Source: Yuukianura sp. NJ FZ-2021 (lineage: Eukaryota). From it: a stretch of 64,000 nt of DNA. Each line of letters opens with the position of its first letter. Within the stretch, counting starts at the first letter, position 1. The notes under the pieces are model-generated. The model did not search any database, had not been told where the DNA came from, and saw only the letters and a program-made list of their open reading frames with translations. The stretch lies in the NCBI GenBank assembly GCA_046563655.1, contig CM102284.1, positions 3,348,001 through 3,412,000 on the forward strand, written 5' to 3'. The position numbers and the translations under genes are program-made. Below, one piece after another: positions 13,601 through 23,928 of this stretch.

Positions 13601-16600
13601 GAGAAAGTAACAATGTACAAAAGGAAGAAGAATTGTGCAGAGGGGGCGGACTGGGGGGAAGAAGAAGAGATGAAAGACGTCCATTTTATCAAGTTTTAAA
13701 AAACAATATTTCTCAGCTTCAAGTCCCAAGCTGATCTCTGGCCCTTAACAGACGAACTAGAAGCAAAGGGTCCCCCGCCCCTGGGGGGAAAGGGTAAGGG
13801 GGCGGGGGAGGAAACAGGGAGCGAACCTGTCACAGAAGACAAAGCGACGAGAATTATCATCTCAACTTTCTCTCTGCTGCCTTTTGTTCCATATTCTCAA
13901 CGAGAAAACTTTCTTTTCCTTCACACACCCATCCACCTATTCCTATTCGTAGGCTAGTAGTGTTAGGAGCATTAGGTTGGCACAGGGACAAGGCCAGAAC
14001 AGAAGGGTGCTCCCCGCTGCTCTGTCACACTAGAAATTAGGATTCCAAACTTTCTCGGTTTTCCTTCATTTCCATTTCCCAGAATAGCAAAACCGTAAAG
14101 CACAAATGGCCTCCACCCGTTGAGGAAAAAAAAATTGGAATTCTAGAGAGATTTTTGATTTTACGAATTCTAGAATTTGGAAAAAGTGAAAGTGTGATGC
14201 TTATAGGAAGAAATCAAGGAATTCTTGAAAACTCGGAGAATTGTTTTCACTTTCAAAGTGCTAACGACGAGGCGTTTGAGTTTTCTAAATGGACAAAGTT
14301 TGGATAGGGTCAGAGGCTAAAAATCATAAGTTCGGAGAGTAACACGCCCAAAATAGTTTGCACAGATGGAGAGCATCCCACTTTTACTTCTTAAGAGAAA
14401 TGATAGTTACTCCCTCCACAGAGAAAGGCATAAGCGGAAAAGGTCCCGAGGAATTCGTCAGATGAAATTCCAGACGTTTTTACCTGGTTGCAACTTTCTC
14501 CTGAGGCTGGTGAATGCTTAGAGCGCCTTTCTTAATTGATTTTGGCAACTTGGAATCCTAAAGCTTTTCTCCTTTGAGGAATTTATGAGCTCCAGCAGCG
14601 TTTGGAGCCCTTTTGGACAACCAACAGCATTTTCCTCCTGGAAACTGGAATTTAGTGTGCGTCGAATGTACAATTTTGGCCGAGGCATTTTTATAAGAGC
14701 AGAGATCGATAGCCCTAACTCACGCAATCCCATTTAATCCATTTAGCAAAAATAGGTAAAAGGCCAATGAGGATGTGATGAACGCCATTTTTCATACTTC
14801 TACTTTCTAACTCACAAGAGGTAATGGGAAAAAACTACTTTTGAAAAAAAGCGCGCGGTTAGATCCACTTAAACAAATGCACACTGTTCATACCGTGCAA
14901 AACGTCAATTACAGTTAACATCAGCATCAGGTTCCGCTCCACCGCAGAAGTCGGCTAAAGCCTTAATTGAAATATTTTTAGCTCAAGGACGCTCTAGTAC
15001 TTTACTCCGTATTTGTTTTGAAATTTTTTTGGCTGTTTCAAAATTTGAAAAACTTTTGGAAAAAATGCTTTGAAATTACAATCTTTTTGAAGTTGAACGC
15101 CATTTAAAAATTTGTTGGTAAGAATTGGCTCGAGTAAATTTAAAAGCAGGTTTTTAATCTAGCTCGAATCGCAAAGGAGAGACAGGAGGTCAATAAAAAT
15201 AACGCCAAAGAACGTTTTGTGGGCATGGCAACGACTGAGAATTGAGAATTTACAACTACGTAATCATGAAAAACCCGAACGGGTGGATTCCTTACGATTG
15301 AAATTTTGAACAACTCATATAACTCGCGAATCACTGCGTTAAATTTCAAATTTGAGAACCATTTGCGGTTTTTCTAAAACTGTTAGACGAAGGGGGTGAG
15401 CCATTTCTTAGTCTCAATTCTCAGGGTGCCCCAACTCTTGGTGACGTAATACGAAATTGTAAATTGTAAACAAGAAATTCGTCAACTCTGACCCAATCTT
15501 CAGGTGCATTTCCTGTAAGATTGGTTAGGCGCTCAAAAAACTACGACCACACTTTTCGCATTAGAATACGCTGCTCCACAGCTTGAGCATCTCCTTTTTG
15601 ACGAATCTTCAACCGTTTTGCCATGCCTAGGCAAAGAAGGCAAAAATCCGATGATGTCTGGAACGTGTTCCAGGAAACCTATGTTTTGTGGACGAAGGGT
15701 GCTGTTTTCGCCCGATAGGTTATGCTCAAGCTGTGGAGCAGCGTATGCTAATGCGAAAAGTGTGGTCGTAGTTTTTTGAGCGCCTAACCAATCATAAAGG
15801 AGATGCACCTGAAGTCTTATGGGAAATTGCGTATAAGTGAATCTGTCCATCGTAATCTTAACAACTCTCAAATCTCTACTTTTTTTTTTTTAGAAACGGG
15901 TAACTTATGTGCCAATGTGGACTGTGGATTGGGTGGAAGTTGTTCAGTTGTCAACGGAGACGCAGTTTGTTCCTGTTCTGAGTGCCCAAGTGACTATGAC
16001 CCTGTCTGTGGTTCTGATGCTGTGTCCCACCAGAACTTGTGTCGTCTCCACCAAAGTTCCTGTCTTACAAACACTACAATTCGCCTCGTCTACACTGGAC
16101 TTTGCAGTAAGAAATCGCTGTCTCCTTCCTCTTCGAACGCAAACAAATCTTTTACTTTGAAATCATAAAACTTTCACTGCTTTCTCCGAGACAAACTTTG
16201 AATCTTCCCAAAACTTCATCCACCATTTTACAGAATGCATGTCCCCTTGTCTCCTCCAGAGTTTTGTTCCTTTTGAAGTCTTTGTCGCTTCTGTTGATTT
16301 ATGTGTGTTGTGTCCCTAATGCCTTAACACAAGGAACAACAGCTTTCTTCGTGTCTCCCGGTAGAATAACTTACATATTTCAAAATTTAAAATTAGGCTA
16401 AAGTTAGCCTAACCATGGCCATAAGGTGGTCCTTTAGTTTAGGTTTCTAGGTTTTTAGTTTTTGTGTTGTTGTTTTAAAGTTGTTCAAAATATTTACCGG
16501 TAGCATAAATTTGTGTTGAAATTGTTGCAGATCTTATTCGTGATTTTAATCCTGCGGGTAAGCAGAACCTAACTTTGTGCTCAGCCTGTGATCTTTTACT

Positions 16601-19600
16601 CCTTAGTCAAACTGTTTCTGAACGTTGACCTTTGACCTGTCACTTTCTTTAGACAGAACAGAGCACGAGCACAACTGCACAAACTGCTGGTTAGGCGAGG
16701 CAAAACTTTCACTTAATTTTGTTGTCCCTTCCCTCTGCTTTGTTACGAAACTTCTGTTTAGTTGAGACATAACTTATTAAATAACAATGGGCGTCATTGT
16801 TTTGGTTTTGTTTTGAAAATGGCGCTCTTTTGTCTCTGATTCTTTTCAGATGGTTGTGAACAGCGTCAATGTGACTTTTACAGCGTCTGTGAAGCGGACA
16901 AAGGCGCACCAGGGGGCACTAAATGCGTCTGCCCCAAGAACTGCTCCCGAGAGGTACACCTCAAACTTTTTAGCGGCTTTGAAAAGTAGTCGTCGCCCAG
17001 TTCAAAATTTCCCGCTTTTCTTGTTTTGGTTTCCCGCCTTTGTCTAAACTCCCGGATCTTTGTTTTCAGCTCCTAAATTCAGGCGTGGTTTGTGGAACGG
17101 ACGGTGTTTCGTACAACTCCGAATGCGACCTCCGGACAACCGCTTGTCTTCAGCAGAAGTTCAACGTTGTGGCTTCCAATGGTCACTGTGGTACGTTCCC
17201 TTCTGAGAGTCCAATTTTCTGCTTGTTAGAACCCTGCTGAGTTGTTCGCAGCAGAGGAAGCTCAGCGCGGTGCGGGAAGTGCGAGCGGTTCTTGCCACGG
17301 TGTCACCGTTGGCAGGAATGGCGGCAAGCAAGCAACCGGCTTTTGTCATCCAAAGAAAAGTGTCTGTACTACATGGGGGGTTTCTTAATGATGACAAATG
17401 AGCACACTTGACAAAACAGAACTCACTGCTGCAATGGTCCTCTGCTTTCCTCATTTTCACCAACTTTCCGCTCTGATTGCTTTTTCTAACTTTCGTTCCC
17501 TTTGAAGATTTATGTGACGGTGTCCACTGCAAGTTCGGAGCAAAGTGTGACACGGGAATTTGCGTTTGTCCTCAAAATTGTCCTACGACGAGAGAACCTG
17601 TTTGTGCTTCCAATCTTGTCACTTACAACGTAAGAACAGATCAACTTTTAGTTTCAAATTCAAAAACTTTAAATTAGAAAAGCACCACTTTTTTTGAAAA
17701 AGTAATTTTTGAGTTTGAATTTTTTTCCAGAATGAATGTGAACTTCAAAAAGCTTCCTGCTACTTGGGACAGCAACTCAATTTGCACTTTTATGGCGACT
17801 GTTCTGATGGACTCAATCCAGGTAACTTCGGATCAAATGCTTTGAAAAATCATTTTAGTATTTCTTAAGCAAATGTTTGAGCCATTTGTCGTAACTTGTA
17901 ATTAAACCGTTAATTTTTAGCAACTTTTAGTTTTAGTTTTAGGTGGAGTGAATTCTCCTGCTACAGAATCCACTTCAATCATCGTGATTCCATCGTATGC
18001 AGCGCCCTCAGGCGGTGATCAGTCCAAACTCTGCGAATCTGTTCGATGTGACCATGGAGCCGAGTGTGAGTCTGGTGTCGACGGATTTCCACGCTGTTCA
18101 TGTCAATTTAATTGTTCGACACTGGACAAATCACTGCAGAAAATCTGCGCTTCTGATCTTAAACTCTACAGTTCCGAATGTGAAATGCGTCGCGAAGCGT
18201 GTCATCGTCAAACCGAACTGCGTCCTCGTCCACTCGAACTGTGCGAGGGTAAAGTTAAAGCATTTTTTTTCTCGAAGCTGAAAAAGTTGTGTTTTTCATT
18301 TCGTTTTAATCTGCTCCAGCAAATGGTATTTTTTTGGAGCAATTTTTCTAATGTCAGTGACATTGTTTGCTAGGGAGGGTGTTTTATGACTCTGATTTTC
18401 ATTATGACATTTTTTAGAAGTAGAAGCCAAACCATGTCACGGTGAGGAGCCTTTGAAGAACCCTGAAACTGGAGAGGATCTGTTCTGTGGGATGGGCAGT
18501 GGCGGAGCCTGGAATCGTTCAACTTGTCCCTTGGGAAGTTTTTGTCATCGAAGTCCATCGTTTGCCAAATGTTGCAACAAATGTGAGTCATGTATCAACA
18601 TCCGCCCCCCACCCATTAACGTCCCCATTTGTAATGATTACGATTATTGCACCGGGAAATGACGGCCTTTGAATTCCCTTTTGTAACAATTACCACTTCC
18701 AAAAGAATCCACATCAACTGCTCCTCTCCCCATTTCTTTCTCTGCCGCTTGATATATGACATTCAATTTGTTTTATAGCTGAAGACCGTGGCAGCGGAAG
18801 TAACAGTGGAGGACCACCTCTTCGTAAACCGAGTCTCAATGCTCCAAAGTGCTCAACGGAAAAGTTTGGATGTTGCTCGGACGAAGTCACGGCGGCTGGT
18901 GGACCTGGACAAGCAGGTTGTCCATCTCGGTGCCAATGTAACAAGCTGGGTTCTGTTGTAGAGACGTGCGATCCTGTTACGCATGACTGTTTTTGTCGTC
19001 CCGGCGTCGGTGGGATCAAATGCGACCGATGTCTTCCAGGGTTTTGGGGTTTGCAGCGGATATCTGTGGAAGGGGTCGAGGGGTGCAAAAGTAAGGAAAA
19101 TTGACAAGTTAGCTGGATTTGGTCAACATTTTGGTTGAGTTTTAGCTAAATGATCTGACAAGCTGTCCAGCTGCTAACGCCTAGCGACAAGTCAGCTTGT
19201 GTAGTTAGCGGCCAGCTAGTCAGCTTGTGTAGTTAGCGGCTAGCTAGTCCGCTTGTGTAGTTAGAGGCCAGCTAGTCAGCTTGTGTAGTTAGCGGCTAGC
19301 TAGTCAGCTTGTGTAGTTAGCCGCAAGCTATAGTCAGCTAACTTTTTGGCTGTCATGTAGTTGATTAGCTGCTTGTCGTAGGGATTTTATAAGTGAGCTT
19401 GTCGCTCAGCTGAAGTTGGGAAGATGTCTGGTTAGCGGTAAATTTTGCTGTGGAACTAACTTTGTAAACCGTGATTTTTAGGTTGTGGCTGTTCGAAGTT
19501 CGGCTCAGTGCGTGAAGACTGTGAGCAAATGACAGGACGATGTGTGTGCAAGCCGACCGTCCTAGGTCATAAGTGTGACAGTTGCCCAGAAGGAGAGTTC

Positions 19601-22600
19601 CTTGGTCCCTACGGTTGTACTTCTGGTGAGTGTCACGTTCAAGGAATTACAAATTGAAAAAAATGTGTCGTAATTTGTCGGATTTCACTTCTTTGTCGTG
19701 GTCGTATATCCTCCTAACACGCAGATCCCATCAATCTCGGTCAAAGTTGTGAGGATGGCAGTGTGTCCTGTTCGTTTGGTGCCGAGTGTGAGGAAGATGG
19801 AAATCGTGCCGGATGTGTCTGTAATATTCAATGTGATGGCGTTACCAGTGAAGAAAGAAGAGGGGTGAGGAAATTTTTCCAGATTTTCAAGATTTCTTTT
19901 TTCAAAAATTATTTTGAAAGAAAAATATAATAATGTAATTTTAGGAAGTTTGTGCCAGTGACGGGTTTAGCTACGAAACGGAGTGCTTAGTTCGTCTTCA
20001 GTCTTGTCGAGCTCAGAAACCGATTTGGGTTGTAAACAAAGGCGCATGTCCAGACTCTGGTGAACCGGGACAGAATGGAGGAAGCGTCACGGAGATACCG
20101 TTTCGACTTTGGACGGGAACGGACTTTACCGAACCGGGTGACAGTGATGGTCAAAGGAACTTTGGAAATAGAAAGACGCACACCCATGGAACCAAGTCCA
20201 CTCGGCACATTCCATCAGGACAAGAAGCCATTTTTGGTCATTTGCCAACGGCCGTAACATTTCAGGTGAAGTTTTTCAAAGTTTAGGCTAATCTAAGCCA
20301 AACATTGAAATCACATTACAACTAAACCGAAAACTGAAATTTTTGTTTTACAGATGAAAAGCTATTTGGGAGACTTTTGTGCCTTGAATTCGGAATGTGC
20401 CACGCCCCACAGTATTTGCCTCAACGGTTGGTGTATATGCGAAGAGGGATACTACGAAGACTCAGAAATGATTCGCTGCAAACAGATTCGTAAGTTTCAA
20501 GCGATTAATTGCATTACCAAAATTTTGAACTTTCTGTTTTTGTTGGTTTGAAAATTTTGAAATTTTAAGCAACACTGTTCCTTCTTCAGATTCTCACTTG
20601 AACGGCCCAGAATCTTGTTCAAAAGCTCTGTGCGATCCATCCGCAAGCTGCTTCGACCATCGCAACGGATCGTACGCCTGCGTCTGTCCGCTTGGAAAAG
20701 CAGATGATGGTATTGGCTGCACAAGGACAGGTACGTTTACTCTCATTTCATCTTCTAATCATGCGCATATTCTTCGTTTGTAGCAAGGTTCAACTTGTTA
20801 AAACTCACAATGGGAAAATGGGATTTATAATTCAAAATTTATTTTTTTTTCAGAATCCCCGTTTCCGTTTTTTGACGGAAAGTCGTCTATTGTGCTTGGG
20901 AAATTAGCAGGTCATCATAAACTGAGCATCGAACTTGATGTGACACCGTTCTTCAGCTATGCCCACGGAGTCATCCTATTCTCATCTCAACACCCTAACG
21001 GCACTGGAGACTTCTTGTCGCTAGCACTGATAGATGGGTAAGAATTAGCACAGGAATCTTACAAATATTTGCAAATATTGTGGTGTCAAAATGTTTTCAA
21101 TTTGCAGTTTCGTCGAATTTCGATACGATTTGGGTGACGGTCCTGGAATTTTAAAATCCGCGGCTCGTCTGGAAGCGGGCGGCTTCTATCGCGTTGAAGC
21201 CAAACGTTACAACCGTGATGGTCTACTTCGGGTAAACGATCACGAAGACATCAAAGGCAGCTCACCAGGAACCATGAAGTCACTTAACCTTGACCATGGG
21301 GGGTACTTGGGCCACGTCCCCATCAATACTTCTAGGTGATGTTTTGTATCGAGTAACCCCGGGAGTACAGTATTAATTTACATTTTTGTGAAACGTTATG
21401 ATTCAGGGTTTGGGAAGCGGTGGGAACATCAGCTGGATTTGTCGGATGTATTCACAGTTTAAGAGTCGGTCGCCGCTTGATTGACTTCACTCCAGGAAGA
21501 GACTTACTCCTCGGAAGCTTCAACGGCCTGCATCAGTGTTTCGTTCGGCCCCCTTCGACGGGCATGTCGACAACACCAATGTCGCCGTTCGACGATGGGA
21601 CGGAAGAAGACGCAGAACGTCGTGGAGAAGACTTTCAGCGCCAGTCGTCCACTGAATACCAAGACTTTTCAGTATCTTCCCTCAGAAAGAGCCCCTGTCT
21701 ACTAAATCCATGTGGCCAAAATGGAGTTTGCTGGACTGAAAAATTGCATGGCTACAAATGTGTATGCCATCCAAAGTTTTCCGGTACAAATCCAATTTCT
21801 TCCGGAGTTTCTAAGATTACATAATTTAAATACAAATGTAATTTCTAAAATTACATACATTGTATTCTTTCAACCTAGGAAAACACTGTGATTTAGAATC
21901 CAAAACTTCTTTGGAGACTGGATTAACATTAGATTTTCGTGGATTTGCGTACCTGCAGCTACCAAGAATTGAATCAGGAGCACGTCGATTAGTAATTGAA
22001 CTGTGGTTTCTACTGCGCAATGGCGACGGTTTGCTACTGTACAACGGTCAGGAGGCAGGGAAAGGGGACTACATTGCCCTCATCTTGACCAATGGCTTTC
22101 TTAGCTTCCTGTTTGACCTTGGCAGTGGAATGGCGAATCTTACGTAAGCCAATACTTTGATGGCCGGTTACCAATCTACGCAGGCACGCAAATATCATGA
22201 ATTTGGATTGAATTGGTGCCATATTTGCTTCCTAGCTGGCAAGAACCACTCGCAGTCAATAGATGGCACTGGATAGTTGCGTCCAGAGAAGGACGCGATG
22301 GAGTGTTGCAAGTCGACGGCGGCATTCCGCTAATGCGCAAATCACCGCCAACTTTATCTGAGCTCAACTTGGAACTACCGTTGTTCATTGGTGGAATTCC
22401 TGATGAAAACGTACTACAGCGTGAACTCGGCATTCTGGAACCGATTGACGGTGCTCTTCAGTACATTTCAATTAACGGGAATCACTTTTCAAAAGAAATT
22501 CAACTTGCACTGGAAGACGGAGAACTTGAAGTTTACAATGGTCCACCGTGCGGTTCCGCCTTAACATCCCCATGTCACAATGGCGGTTCCTGCTTCCCGA

Positions 22601-22677
22601 GACTTCACACTTTCATCTGCATTTGCCCTGGACATTTCACTGGAGAAACATGCCAAACACAATTGACTCACGAGTAA
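4626..22677 (+). CDS. AGRN: Agrin-like basement-membrane proteoglycan (multi-exon; 9 Kazal/follistatin modules, Cys-rich module, 2 laminin-EGF, EB-like and EGF modules, 2 laminin G); 5' end of the long form probably upstream of the window
   Basis: GT-AG exons assembled in frame: 4626-4835, 10726-10875, 11035-11121, 11947-12069, 12182-12274, 12771-12899, 13000-13086, 15894-16106, 16850-16953, 17070-17190, 17508-17629, 17731-17821, 17943-18248, 18418-18582, 18779-19090, 19482-19625, 19725-19864, 19945-20265, 20354-20489, 20590-20730, 20854-21037, 21108-21335, 21407-21783, 21879-22143, 22236-22677 (TAA). Repeated PVCG(S/T)DG..Y.N.C Kazal motifs; laminin-[11 protein letters not shown]...[19 protein letters not shown] and [23 protein letters not shown]; Lam[23 protein letters not shown] and DGLLLYNGQ...FLFDLGSG. 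Domain order matches agrin. Confidence 0.92.
15498..15814. mobile_element. MITE-like inverted-repeat element in agrin intron (about 93-bp arms, about 130-bp spacer)
   Basis: Left arm 15498-15590 (CTTCAGGTGCATTTCCT...GGTTAGGCGCTCAAAAAACTACGACCACACTTTTCGCATTAG...GCTTGAGCAT) is the near-perfect reverse complement of 15722-15814. No clear TSD. Confidence 0.75.
19190..19329. repeat. Minisatellite, 5 tandem copies of 28-bp unit AGTCAGCTTGTGTAGTTAGCGGC(C/T)AGCT, in agrin intron
   Basis: Direct tandem repeat with no spacers; degenerate AGCTTGTC/GACAAGCT words continue in the flanks (about 19100-19420). Confidence 0.9.
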
Positions 22678-23928
22678 CACCAAATAATCAACCGAATTCA
22701 ATTGGGAAAAAACGTACTAAAGGAGTGAAATGCTGCTAACTACTACATAAATCGTTTTCCATGTTTTTGATACTCGAATTATTAACCACCGCATGTGCCT
22801 AAATGTCTCTTTTTATATTTAAAAACTAAAATTCAAGATATCATTCGGTAGATATTATGGCTAACTATAAGAATTAAACCGTATTCAACGTAAACCTAAG
22901 TTTTCTGACCGTATTTGATCAATTTTTTTTTCAAATGACAACGTCACTAATGAAATCACAACTAAAAATCCACCGAGACATCTCATTTGAGACTATGCAA
23001 TTAACGTTAAGTAATCTCAGCTAATCATCAGTTGAACCAAGATGGTTCAACTGATATAGGTTTTTGTATTCAAATAATATCGGGTTTAACTGTGATATGA
23101 TGCCATAGAAGCAAAACAATACGGATTGGCCATTGGCCCTTTGACCTTCGGCCTGGACGCCAAATGTCAAGCATATTTAAGCCCTGCCCTCTCCCGGTTT
23201 GACCTGACATTCTTCACTTCACAAATTTAAAGTTGCGTGAGCGTGATGCGTGATGCTAATGAATGATTGTAGTGTAGCAAAAAAAATCCGGTTGACGTTA
23301 CGCGGTAGTTGTCCAGTTGCATACGTTTTAACCGTCGCCACTACCATGCTTGTTGCTACCAAAAGTAAGTACAATAGATAGTTAGCATAACAATTCTACT
23401 TCCGAATGTATGAATGTATAGCCACCTAGCCTTGTAATCTTTCGGTGGTAGGGATGGACGGAGGTGGTGATTTTATGGTTACAACGAGAAGTATTTCGAC
23501 GTACTCCAACTCAAATTCTTTCTTGCATTCAATTGAGCTTGTTTACACGTTTTCAATAGGAGCAAGGAATCAGCACGTTGCAATAACGTGTCGTCAACTT
23601 TTGATTTCGTTTGAACTTGTTCCCGTTTCAGTTTGCTTGTTCAGCTGGAAGTATTTGAGTTTAGTTCTTAATTCATAGTCGAGAAGCATTCAGTTCTTCT
23701 TAATTAATCCAAACTTTGAGCATTGATTCAAAAATTGTGGTTGTCTGGTTGTGCTTTTGCCGATACAACGTCCATTTTTAACAACGTCGTCAACTAGCCA
23801 GGACCAGGTATAATTGAAAATATAAAAGTAAATCAGACCAAAAAGAGTAAATCAGACTATAATCTTTACTAGTATAAAGTATAACCGAAATAAGTGCACT
23901 AAATATAACTGTTGTCATTTACAGAACT

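Noticed and set aside
19190-19329. CRISPR-like 28-bp repeats
   Set aside because: Units are directly adjacent with no spacers, and the context is a eukaryotic intron; it is a minisatellite.
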